Source: Dicyema japonicum
Lineage: Eukaryota > Animalia > Dicyemida
Reading direction: 5' to 3'
NCBI GenBank assembly: GCA_011109175.1
Contig: RDEW01000011.1
Coordinates: 1,364,240 to 1,428,239 of the forward strand
Length of the DNA stretch: 64,000 nt
Shown: piece after piece, positions 12,620 to 24,762 of the stretch
Layout: the number at the start of each line of letters is the position of its first letter
Numbering within the stretch: position 1 is the stretch's first letter
Notes under the pieces: generated by a model
Database searches by the model: none
The model's input: the letters and a program-made list of their open reading frames with translations, nothing else
Told to the model about the DNA's origin: nothing
Position numbers and translations under genes: made by a program

Positions 12620-13500
12620 TGTTGATCATTTCGGATTGGTCCTCGACTTATTCTACTCTTTCTAACGTGTGGTACTTGGACGATGCGTCATGAGAGGACA
12701 AACCACTAATGTACTGGATAGTCTAAGAGAATGATGACACAATTCAAAGAGTTGGGAAAACGCTCATCTCATCAAAATGCGAGATATGTAATTTCGGATT
12801 CCAGTTTTCCGAATAGAAGTCGATCATACCATTGTTTCGTAAAACTAATTCTCATGGCCGCAGAGACCCCAGCCAACCAGTCGAAATACTTGGATGTCCC
12901 TTAACAAAGGGAAGAATCGACAATGCTCTTATAACATGAGGCCAACAATTACAGTCAACGTACACACGGCTGGAAATTCTAGAAGTACGTACGTCCATCT
13001 TCCTAAACGTCTTACCAACGTCAAGTTTCAAGACCAAGGCCGGCAACCCTAGCCGTCCGCTTCAGAGGTCTTGAAATTTGTTCCCTAACAGACGTAGCAC
13101 GCCCCGCACTCCAGCAAACAGTAAATCGAGATGATTCTTTATCTTGCTACCGAATTATCGACCAATGAAACAGAGTATACATAAGCTTGGCCCTCAGAAG
13201 GGCTGCAAGGAACCAAAACCCAGATGAAACAGAAGGACTACTATAAAATCATATATGAAGATAAATTTGAGAGATTATTTAAAAATATGAACCACTGCGT
13301 CTGTCTGATCGCTGGGAGATCTAATGGAAGCGGATTATGGATTGACGCTTTCCTGGCTTGGAACATTGGCATCCATCCGGACGATGAGAGAGTCCACATC
13401 CGTCTGCAGTTTAATGACCGATTACTATAATCATCATGCTCCTCACTGCAAAGGCATAAAAAGCAGGCTCTTTTTTGTCTAATGACAAGTCGTCTAAATT
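12620..13500 (+). mobile_element. CRE-like (RLE-type) retroelement fragment
   Basis: NVWYLDD catalytic motif, SKCEIC, ILGCPL, GSGLWIDAF...GIHPDDE; heavily degenerate. Confidence 0.55.
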
Positions 13501-13627
13501 CATATCATCAGTAAGTTTAATCTAGCATCCCTTCTACTTCCAAGTTTGCAAACATACGGATTTCCACTTTTTACGATGGCTATAGCTGTTGTCCTCTTGA
13601 CTCCAAGATCTCGAGCAAGCTGTATAT

Positions 13628-15450
13628 CTGTGATTCTTAACCGTGGTGCATGTGCACCATTTTTGGTACATGAAAAATACTCGAATGGTGCATGGAAAAA
13701 AAATTGGTACATGTTATTATTTTTTAAATATTTTTTATTATCAGTGATTAGTTCATTACGATGGTTAACCATTATCATTTGATACATATAAATACTCGTG
13801 TCAATAACATGTCTGGTGGTAATTCTCGTACTCCGCGGATTTATCGTAAAGATTATCTTAAATATGGATTTATCCCTTCCAGTGGAGACAAATCTAAGCT
13901 TTTTTGCATAATTCTTTGGCCAATAGTTCTATGAAATTGTCAATATTAACACACCATTTGAGGACTGGACATCCAAATCTTGTCGGATCTTCGCTTGAAT
14001 ATTTTCAAAATATAAAAAACAAGATTGATGAACCTACTACTCTTTAAAAGTTAATCACTCATCATACTCTTGCACGAAAAAGTATTCCTTTTAACCTATA
14101 TCATAGATGGGTCACTTGCATCCTACAAAATTGCCCATATCGTTGCTAATAATAATGCTACCCATGTTTCGGGTGAATCGTTAATAATACATTCTATCGC
14201 AGTTGTTCCACAAGATATGTTGGAACATAATCCATCTGAAATTTTACAAGTAGTGCGACCATTTTGATGTTCCTAGAATTTACCTTTGAGTAATGATGCG
14301 ATTCGTCGCCTAATTGACGAAATGGCTGAAAGCGTCGAAGATTCCTTAAAAATATACTTAGAAAAACTGTTTTTTCCTTGCAGATTGACGAATGTCTGGT
14401 ATGTGATAATAAATCTATATTAATGGCCTATGTTAGGTAGGTATTTTAAATAATATTTTGTTTAGATTTTTTGACGAACAAGTAGTTTTTTGTGAAGAGG
14501 TTTTGTTTATTAGACCTTTGATAACAGATTCTACCGGAGAGTCAATTTTTAATGTATTGAAAACGTACTTTGAAGAAAAACAAATCTCGTCATAAAAACG
14601 ATCAATCGAATTAAAACAAGTCCAAAATCTGATAGGATCTTTAGGAAATTTTGTATATATAGGAATGAAGATTAAGACTCTTGTATCATAATGAAGTTTA
14701 TTTCTGTTTTTTGTATTCTTTAGGTTCGCTGGTTGTCCAAAGGCACTGCTTTACAAAGATTTGTAAACCTTTTACCAGCTATTTTGGATTTTCTTGAATC
14801 GGGTTTGACGTCAGAGTTACAATAATTACATTCTCTGAAAAGTTAAAGAATTATAGACATAACTTTGAATCAGGAAAATACGATTTTTTATATCCAGCAT
14901 GTGAAGCATTTAATCATTTTGATATAAAAATTTTTGTTGACCATCTAATTAATTGGAAAAGGAAATGACAATCAGATTTGAAGACGTGATTAATATGGAA
15001 ATACCAAGATGGATGATAAATTCTTTTCGAATAGCATTGTAGAGGTACAAATGGATTGATTTTATAGAGGTGCAAATTATTTTTATAGAAATTAGCGAAT
15101 TTCGCTCGCAATTTTGAGAGGGAACAGCCATGCAGTGAGGGCGGCAACTACCTGACTTCTATTGTTTAAATTTACATTATTTTTTTAGAAATTAAATATA
15201 ATTATTCTTACAAGATTTTGTTTGAAAACCAGGATTTGTCTACCTTTTGGCGAAAAAAGGAATTTAAAGACAAATATCCAAATATTGGGAACAAATAATT
15301 AAAATTTTATTATGTTTTCCGACGACATATCTTGTGGAATCAGAATTCAGCGTAGTAAACAGGATTTTGAGCGATGAACGTAACAAACTTGATATCTGCT
15401 CGCGAGGAGATGTCAGATTATTTTTAACACGCTTGAAAACATCTGTTTAA
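13628..15450 (+). mobile_element. hAT Buster/ZBED5-like transposon with intron-containing transposase (degenerate)
   Basis: Charlie-type end CTGTGATTCTTAACCGTGGTGC; YLKYGF, LPLSNDAIRRLIDEMAE, MAYVRFF, STGESIF, LLYHNEVRWLSKG, FPTTYLVESEFS; four tiny introns at 14082-14106, 14250-14276, 14437-14465, 14696-14723. Confidence 0.85.
15098..15156 (+). mobile_element. Extreme 3' fragment of a CRE-like element inserted in the Buster remnant
   Basis: AATTTCGCTCGCAATTTTGAGAGGGAACAGCCATGCAGTGAGGGCGGCAACTA is nearly identical to the reverse complement of ~31580-31633. Confidence 0.8.
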
Positions 15451-16099
15451 AACTGAAACTAATGAGAAGAATAAATACACTTTTAAACTGTCGGATACAA
15501 AGGTTATTCAGGAAGCTTCCTGCATTGATGACTCTAATGAAAAAATTGTCCAATTTTATGGAATCCCTAAGTTAATTTGCGACACTGATTTAAATAACCT
15601 GATTTTAGTCTGAGGCAAAATATCAAGCATGAATTTGTTATAAAATGTTGGAACACACATCAAAGATCAATCTCAATGATCAAAGCGATGAAAAAGTATC
15701 AGAAATGTTAGAGGAATTTTTAAATAAGGAAAAAATCTACGATGAAATATAATAGTGAATCGATAGAAAATTACATAATAAATGGAACTATCAAACAAAT
15801 TAATGATTTGGAAGAATCCATTTTAGATATCGCTCCGGATTCTCAGAGGTTTAGAAAGAAACTACAGCTAAACATAAAAATGAAATTTGGATTTGGGAGT
15901 AGAATTGAACATTTTTTGCAAATACAGCGATACAAATAAAAAACGGAACAGCCAATTTCTCAATTTTTTTAAATAATGATTAATTTTTTTAATAAAAAAT
16001 TGAATTGTAAACTATAAGCTTAACTTTTGCCTTTTACAAAAATCCAAACGTCAAAGATTTTGGTAAGTATTTAAACCCAATTTTTTCAAACAAAATAAA

Positions 16100-16345
16100 A
16101 AGAACAAAAATAGTTCAAAAATTAGTATGACTTCCTTGAGCATTTATTGCTTCTAAGATTCTACTCCGCATTGATCCAACAAGCGATTTCCCATATTCTA
16201 TTGAGAGATCGTTCCAAATCTTTTTCAATTCTTTGAATAGGTCACTCCTTTTTATATAAATTCGGTTTCCTTTTTTGTTTCATGAAGGTTCACACGTGCT
16301 CGATTGGATTTAAATCAGGACTTTGAGGGGGCCATTGTAATAACT
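16100..16345 (-). mobile_element. Tc1-like transposase C-terminal fragment
   Basis: Minus strand encodes LQWPPQSPDLNPIEHV. Confidence 0.7.
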
Positions 16346-16508
16346 AGGGCAAGTTGTTTCTAGCACCTAAAAAAATTTTTTAGCGCTAAAAAATTACAAA
16401 ATCTAGCAATTATGATTAAAAAAATTAGAACTTAAAATGATAAAATTTGTTATAAAACGTGTGGTCTTGTGGTGAGCAATTGCATCATCATGGAGCGTCG
16501 TTCATACA

Positions 16509-16856
16509 ATGGAACACATTACACCCAAGAGACAGGACACTACATGCTCTACATGCGGTTTTGCCAATGCACGCAAATATGGACTTTTCTGCTCGTCTTG
16601 CGGTGACTTTTTCCACTTTGGATGCATAAAGATTTCTCAGCGGGCTGCGTGCTCGCTCTGCCTGTGGAACTGCAGTGTCTGCATGGGCACTGGTTGGAAA
16701 ACCCAGAGGATCATTCCAAACGAGCCTCTAGACTTCGATGATATGGACAACCTCTTGCTCTTCTTGTCAGATCTAAGGAAAGCCAGGAAGATCCCAATCA
16801 GGATCCCAAGACCCGTCCGAATCCCCGCGGCTACATGCCTGCTGAATAATCATTAA
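16509..16856 (+). mobile_element. PHD-finger N-terminus of a probable CRE-like retroelement ORF
   Basis: C4HC3 pattern CSTC...CSSCGDFFHFGC...WNCSVC followed by IPIRIPRPVRIPAATCL; truncated by a hAT fragment. Confidence 0.55.
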
Positions 16857-16859
16857 GAG

Positions 16860-17120
16860 TGCAGTCGGATGGATGTTTTTCCAACTCTGTGCATTGCATA
16901 TCGTTCATTACTCACAGTTGTCTACTCAATTGGTAGTCGTGAACGATCTTTTTCAAAGTTAAAACAAATACAAACATATTTGAGGTCTTCCATGTCAAAT
17001 CATCGCTATCAAGTTTATCTTTGATCTGCATTTAAAAGATTCATGACAAGCGAGTTGAAAGAAGCTGTGGTACAGACTTTAGCTGACAGCACTGGACATG
17101 GAAGTGACTTTTGTTTATTT
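16860..17120 (+). mobile_element. hAT dimerisation-domain fragment
   Basis: DVFPTLCIAYRSLLTV...RERSFSKLKQIQTYLRSSMSN. Confidence 0.7.
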
Positions 17121-18189
17121 TTTAATAAAATAAATAATGATGCACCTCACTCTACTTGATCTTTTTTCATTCTCATGTATGACAACATAATTTATTTAGT
17201 CACGATTAAGTCCATAAGGGACATCACTATCATACACTCCCGAGCAGCAGAAAGCTTTGGCATGCTTTTGGTGGCTTTGGCATCTAGGATTAGCCTCAGA
17301 AAAGGCTTGAAAATTCACGTCAGTTCCGCTTTTGTCTGTTTTTGAGCAATTTTTCGATGCACTCCTTTGGAACACAGCTGAACAATAGAAGCTTTGGGTG
17401 GAAGTAGCCTAGCAACTTGGTCTTTGATGCAGATATGGAAGAACTGTCTATAGAAAAGGACCATACCTCCTAGGCGAAATTAGGGTTTCTAAGTCTCCAA
17501 CAGTTCGTTCATCAACATGGGAGGTATACGAGGCCTCTCATCGTCACTAAGCCATGCAGAAATGGGTCACCACCAATCCTTCAAACTAATTAAAAGCTGG
17601 GTCAAGTGGCCAGCGAACAACTTATGGTTTGGGACGTAAACAAGCCTGTTCAACGATTTTAATTAACAACTGGTAGATAAGGACTTGCATACACATAAAT
17701 AAATTGGGAATCTCCCAACAACATAAGCCAATATTCTGAAACCCATTCCTTCGATTAAGATGCTCCTTTCTGCGTTCCTGTAGGCGACTCATTTTCGACA
17801 AATCCTAGTATTCTGAACCTATTATTATTAAAGAATTAATTCACGCTTAAATTAACCATAAAGTCACGTGCTTAGCTTCCTGAAGGACGAAAGGTCATGT
17901 CTTCCTTCTCGTGAGCTCGGGAGACATAGGAAACCTACAGTTCTGAGCAAGTGTAGATGCATGTAGAATCCAAGTTCAAATCCCGTCCGCCCCAAAAGTG
18001 AAAGAACTTGGGGGATCATCTATCAAAAGCTGCACGTGTAGAATGTTGCTAATAACGAACTCTCGTTGTTATTTACAAAGTTCGAACAAAAAATTGTCGC
18101 GTGAGTCACCTACGATGTGATGGCATTGCACAATTTATGTGAAAAAGATCCGCAAAATCCCTGTCCCTTTTTCATTGAGACGTGGATGA

Positions 18190-21100
18190 TGTCGTGCATT
18201 ACTACTTATTTCCAGCGATGTCAAACCGAATCCAGGACCGCCATTGATTATTGCCCAGATCAACATAAATGGAATTCGAACAAAGATTATTGAACTTAGG
18301 AGGTTTTTTCATTCCAATTCAGTGGATATCGCTTTAATTCAAAAGTCAAAGCTTACTCAAAGATTCAACTCCAACGTTTCCTGGATATTACGTGCTCCGG
18401 AAAGACCGAAAATTTGGAAGAGGTGGAGGCTTACTTACTATTGTCCATAATCAGATTAATGTTGTGGACCTTTCAAATTACACACCGAGCTTTATCGACA
18501 CTGAAGATCCATTAGAACAACTCACAGTGAAAATAAAGTTACACTCACTCCGAGTGACTATAGCAAATGTCCCTCCAATTTCTTTATGCTAATTTTGTCC
18601 TAATGCTTAAACATTGTTGGAAAAAGTTATGATTTGTGGAGATATGAACGCCAAGAGCCCAATTTGGTACACAAATCAACTATTGGAGCAAAGAGGATCT
18701 ATTATGTTAGACAACATTGACGACTTGGTAATCCTTAACAACAGGAATAAACACACAAGAACTCCTTCAAGAAATGGTGACTCTCCAACCTCACCAGATC
18801 TGACTCTTGCCGCCCCATCAATCGCTTCGACTATTACATGGGATGTTATCTACGATTTGCAAACAGATCACAATCCAATACTATTAAAATCCTGGGAAAA
18901 CAAGATTAATGGAACTCGCAATACTTTCATCAACTTCTCACGTGCGAATTGGCTTGAGTACATGATTTTTATTGAAGACTCCCTATGTTCTTTCCGAATA
19001 GAGAAGTTTTCCTCGATAGATGCGACCGTTGGATTTATTAATGAAAAGATTTTGCAAGCCCGAAAAAAGTTTATTCCAATGGGGCGATTCAAGACTTTTT
19101 CAGATAAATTCGACACAGAAACGAGGGTCCTTATTGCGAGAAGAAATTGACTGAAAAATTATAGATAAAACAACATCCTTGAATACTGAAATTACAGATC
19201 TGAATAAGGAAATTACCAAAAGGATCAGAAATAAAATAAAAAAATGGGAGGCTGCTTTGATGTCTGTTAACAGAAACACAAAGACATCATCCCTATGGAG
19301 AACACTACGGAAACTCAAACAGATTCCCATACAACATACACTAGGAATTAATCATGACACACTTATTAAATTTTATGTCAGTTTAAGCCACAAACCATAT
19401 TTGAAACTGGAGCATCAACCGAAACACAAGAAGAAAAATTATCCATACAGTCCGTCTCCGTTTCGGGGCATTTTTCATTTGGAGTCTATTTTCCAACATT
19501 AATTTCCAAATTTGGAAATTTTCTGGAGCCCCAAACAGGGGCACCACATTCCAAAGAAAGAATTGCAGTACTTCTATGTTGCAATTATGAGGATGAAAAA
19601 CTTGAACCATTGATTACTGGAAATTATAATAAACCTCGATGTTTCAAAAATTTCGATGTTGAAGATTTTGGTTTTTTACATTCAGCTTCCAAAAGTGCAT
19701 GAATGACTGGGTACATTTTTAAAAGCTGGTTATGCATGCTAGATGAGAAATTGGTTACTCAACAAAGAAAAATATTATTACTACTTGATAATGCAGAATG
19801 TCATAAAACTATTGAATGCTCCAATATCGATTTCTTTTGCCTAAAAATACGACACCCTATACACAGCCATTAGATATGGGGATCATACAAATATTCAAAA
19901 CTATTACTCAATTTTTTTAATCGAATTGAAAAAAATCGTGATGTCTTAAATATTGATGATCGCCTAACTGATGAAATAATGACCGAAGCTGTAGATGAAA
20001 TATTAGCCGAGGCTGATGATGAAGAAACTATTGAATGCGACATTTTTATCTATAATGGAGATATAGCTGAAAACGAGGACCTGACAGAGAAACATTCTGG
20101 AAACTTTGAATACTCTGGAACATAACATTTTCTGCATAACACCAAAGTTATTAAAAAAATTCTACGAATTCCGAATGACAGTAATGAGAAACATCCGAAA
20201 TGGTTACAAAATTGGAGGAAAAATAACCGATTACTTCGTTAAAGAGCGACTTGGTAGATATTATTAATCATAAAATAAAATCTCTTACCTTTTTTTACAT
20301 TTATATGGTTTAAAATAAAAAAACAATAACCCCTGTTTTCGGAGCACAAAGTGGCCCAAACCGGGGTTACACTGCACATCGAATTTTTTAAACCACTGGA
20401 GGTATTTCATGCAATTAAATACATGAAAAATACAAAATCCAAAGGGGCGGATGACATTTCAATAACTGAATTGAAACACTTGGGGCAATAGCAATCGATG
20501 CCCTTACTGAGATTTTCAATTACTCAGTGAATAGAAATGGGATTCCCTCATTATTTAAAAAATCACTTATACATCCAATACCTAAAAAGAACAAAGCCTT
20601 AGACGACCCCCGGAATTATCGTCCAATATCGATTCTTTGTGGCCTTTCAAGAACATTAGAAAAATTAATCCTTCACAAGATTAGTCATTCGCTTGATTTT
20701 GCAAGTTTCCAACATGGCTTCAGATCGGGATACTCAACTTCAACTCACACAACAAAACTAACTCAGTTTATTTTGGATGGACTGAACTACTCAAAACCAC
20801 ATAAAAGAACGGTACTTGTCGGTTCGGATATCGAGAAAAAGTTTGACTCGGTACCGAGGAAAACTCTAACATCAAAAATTTTTGACACCGATATCCATCC
20901 AAAAATCCAGATGTGGCTGGCCAATTTCATTAATGGTAGAAGAGGCCAAGTTGTCATAATAATAGAAAATCAATACAACGATACCTCCCCAATGGGGTCT
21001 CTCAAGTATCCCTTATATCACCAACCTTTTCAATTTATTTACAAAAGACCTTCCAAATCCAAACATCCAAAATACCATTCTTCTGTCTTATGCCGACGAT

Positions 21101-21880
21101 CTCATTGTCGCTGCAAGACACCAAGACCATAAAGAAGCTGCACGAAGGGTTCAGGAGACCGTCGACATTATGAAACCATGGTTCCTCAAAAACCACATGA
21201 AAATATCCCCTGGGAAGTCGAGCACTACGATTATCTTCTCCTACAGGAAACATACATCCTTCGATCCTAAATTAACTTGGAATGGAGAGCTTATCCCAGT
21301 TAATAGGAACCCATCAATCCTTGTAGTTACATATGACCCGTTGATGACGTTCACACATCATGTGGACACAATAATTCTAAAAGTTCAAAAAAAGATAGGG
21401 ATCCTCAAGACCTTTGCTAGATCGCCAATATCTTCACTTTCTCATCTCAAATTATTATACAAACAGTATATTCTACCGACAATGGAACATGCATGTACGG
21501 CGTGGATTACACCCTTGTCAATATCCACGCAGAACAAATTAGAGGTCATGCAAAACCAATGCCTCCGGATCCTTTGTAAATGTGACAGAATGACGCCTAC
21601 GTCAGAAATGAGGAACACATTAGATCTCAAAAAAGTTATGGAACATCTCGGTGACGAACAACAAAAATTCTTGAAAATGGTGCGATCTTCTGGTATCCCC
21701 CTTGAAGATGAGTTTCTTGCCTACCAGAAGTATGCTCGCAAATTTGAGATCAAACCTTCCTCTTTTTGGACGATCATAAAAAATTGCAGACAAAGTCGAA
21801 ACAAAGGAGGACGCACACCGGGATCACTTAATTAGACGATAACTTTTTCCTCTATCCTGTGTTCCCAGGGTTATAATAAT
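18190..21880 (+). mobile_element. Near full-length Ingi/Vingi-like LINE (2A-like, APE, RT, (TAA)n tail), split by a Tigger
   Basis: LLLISSDVKPNPGP-PLIIAQININGI; CGDMNAK and TDHNPI (APE); NYRPISIL, FQHGFR, SYADD (RT); 3' CCGGGATCACTT and TAATAATAA; same family as the elements at 1660-5338. Confidence 0.85.
19448..20374 (+). mobile_element. Tigger/pogo element nested in the LINE
   Basis: Ends TA-CAGTCCGTCTCCGTTTCGGGGCA and TGGCCCAAACCGGGGTTACACTG; LLDNAECH and TTPYTQPLDMGII motifs; excision restores the LINE frame NYPY|IEFFKPLEVFHAIK. Confidence 0.8.
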
Positions 21881-22994
21881 AATTTACAAATTTCGAACAA
21901 ACCTAGATTCTTTGACGTTTACTTTGACCTAGTTATCTCCTTTGTAGAAATTCTCTTTGGTTTGGTACCTCACTTTCAGAGACTTATAAGAACCCTATCA
22001 GTCGCAGCTGTGTATTGGTCTCTTACTGGTTGCCGAGGCTGTGGTAATTAGCAATTGGGAGAACAATTGAAAATTAGCAATCTAGCCCTTGCTCCCCTCA
22101 ATGCACTGACAATCATCATTCTGCAGATCAATTAGTTGTAATTACTTCAACGCTTTAAAAAATTTTGAAAAATCCAATTACGGTTAAATTACCCACAAAG
22201 CCACTAATGGCGACAAATTCACCTATTTTTAGCCACTGACTCGCTCTTCTGTGCGAATAACTGTGCACTTTGGGGTTTAAGGAAGCCGGAAATATTGAGC
22301 GAATTAATTCATCAGAATTTGAATAAAATAGCATTAAATAGCAATTTATCCATGATATCCTCACTGATGGGAGACTCTCCATCGTAAGCACAGATTATCA
22401 CAATTCTTTTGATAAACCGAGTCATATTCTAACACGTGTCATAAATTAGCCTATTTTAAAGTTTTAGTGAAAAAATCGTAGGGAATAAGTTTAGTTAAGA
22501 CCACAGGCTAAATTTTGGTTACAGGACTTGGAATAAATTAATGGCGCAAAGTAACAGCTTATGAAGGGTTGACTGTGCACTTGAGAACCAATTTAGTTCT
22601 AAAGAATCTATCTCAGATAATTCTTAAAGGAAGATATTCAGATTTAAGGGGATTCTTCCTGAAATAGTCAAGTCCCCACATTTAGAGACAGAAATTTAAT
22701 CTGTATCTCATTTTAACACTATTAACAAAAGTCCAAAAATAGCCACTTTCCCAAACAGGCCACAAACTGGAAGATTTTCCCACTTAAAAACCCAATTCAA
22801 GGCCACGTGCTAAACCCTGAACCGAACCTCCATAAAACCACCAAATCCCCCAGCCACATCCTAGTAGAATCCCTAGAATAGGCCACAAAGCCTAATCCAC
22901 TAAATCTGATTAATTATATCCTAAGAGAGCAAGAAAAAGAAACACGTGTTAAATATCAGTCCTCAAATGTCAGTTTTAAAGAATACAATCATAA

Positions 22995-23979
22995 TTAGTA
23001 CTGATCCGAAGACTTGGGGCTCGATTCCGATGACTTCCTCGCCAGAGCCTTCGCCAGGTCCCCAATAACCGCATTCTGTCGGTCCCTCTCCTTCTTTGGC
23101 ACAGTCTGTCTCAAAGTGTTCATTATATGGAGGGTCTTTTCGAAGTACACCGAGCTCAGGGACCCTCTCATTGAATTCTCTTGATTCTCCACCATGCTTC
23201 CCACGTTACTTAGGTGGCTCTGCAAGTTCGGAAGAGACATCGTTTGGTTCATCTTTGTCACCACCACCACTACCTCCTTAATCAGACTCCCTCCAAGGTT
23301 TATGCCCACCGTGTTGCTCAATTGCATCCATAACATTATGGAGGAGACAAGCTTGTACTGACACTTACTCCCACTCTTCTACAAAATCAGTAAATACAAG
23401 GCGAGGACCGCAAATACCGCAGCATCACTTACATTTGCCTCGAATATATGGATCGAGTCCCACCCGGAAACCATTTTGTTGGACCCTCCCCCGATTTTCT
23501 TGATCAGGATGGCTCCACCAAAGTTGTTCACGTCCTTCTTCTCCATGTCCCACAGATACACGGAAGAATAGGCCCCTCCGTAGTATCTAAGAGTAACTCC
23601 CGCCATTACAGGTCCGTGTAGGCTGTGAAGACCTCGTTGAATCTAACCTCCAATTCTCTCAGTTCCGGTGAAGGAAGGAGCCCTTTATATTCATCCGTGT
23701 ACTCGTTGTTCCACGGTGACCTATAGGAATCCGCGTCACGGTTGTAGTCACACGTGAGAAATTCCTTTCCGCCAGAATCCTTTCTTATAGTCAAAGGTCT
23801 ATCCACCAAAGCCAGTAAAGGCTCACAGATATCAGGTTTCTATGGGGTCACTAGACAGCCAACCAGCTTTATGATGTCACACATAATCTTGTTAATATTC
23901 TGAGGCGGAAGACGCCTGCACAGGTCCAAGGCACACTCAATCTCTTTTTTACTCTACGAATAAAAAGAACGCTCACCAT
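22995..23979 (-). CDS. CAPZB: F-actin capping protein beta subunit (~279 aa, 6 exons)
   Basis: ALDLCRRLPPQ, FLTCDYNRDADSYRSPWNN, SSVYLWD, WDSIH, NLGGSL; introns 23954-23976 (23 nt), 23840-23863 (24), 23587-23609 (23), 23379-23432 (54), 23253-23273 (21); spliced frame is open. Confidence 0.97.
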
Positions 23980-24762
23980 TTGAAGAATTGATTAATTAAT
24001 CAAAATAGGATTTTATTATTGACTTATTTAAATTTATATTTTATTATATTAAAAATTATAATCATTGTCTAATTAAATTCAAATATATTATTATTAATTA
24101 AAAATTAAAGCATTTCGACTTTTTTGATCGTTTTTCGAGGGATTCCACAACTGGAGAGAACTGGATGATTTCTCTTCTTCTGGTTTTGCATTGATTTGGA
24201 TCAATCTTGAAGGACTTGTGAAAAATGGAAACCGTAGGAACTAGATACAATTAATTATTGGACTTCCTTCTTAGTGTATTCGGAGGTAATAGACTAACAA
24301 GATAAAAACTGGTGATTTGTGATTAAAGCGGAGGCAGAGCGGATTAAGGATAAGCCTTCATAATCTTTAGGCTAATGTTCTGGAAGAGCCAATAGGGCGT
24401 TTTAGCTCTTCCTTATTCCTGGAAGACACTGAGACACTGAACCAAAAATCTGAATGTGCTCCTTATTCTCGGTTAGTCTGTTGGTAGATGGGTTAAGCTT
24501 GTGAGTCTGTCCCACAAAGCTCATGATGGATACGACCCCTCGTCCCTGCTCTCCCAATGTGTTCGGAATAATGAGAGACTCTAGGGACTCTAATTTCGGG
24601 ACTATAAAAATAAAGACCTTTCAAAAAGTTAAGCTGGCGAAGTATCTATTAAAAGAACTCTAGAGGAAGTTCTGTTAATGGAAGAATGAAGTGTGAATGG
24701 GATTTATGGCTTAAGTTGTAACAAGAGGATTAGTACTTATTAATTCTAACACGGTCTTAGTA

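Noticed and set aside
17150-17800. Possible piggyBac remnant on the minus strand
   Set aside because: Only faint similarity (HKLFA.., KDQV..LL); no TTAA/TIR or catalytic residues confirmed
17875-17995. Hairpins and a B-box-like GTTCAAATCC upstream of the 2A-LINE (possible HDV-like ribozyme)
   Set aside because: I could not thread the nested double pseudoknot (P1/P2/P3/P1.1/J4-2) by eye
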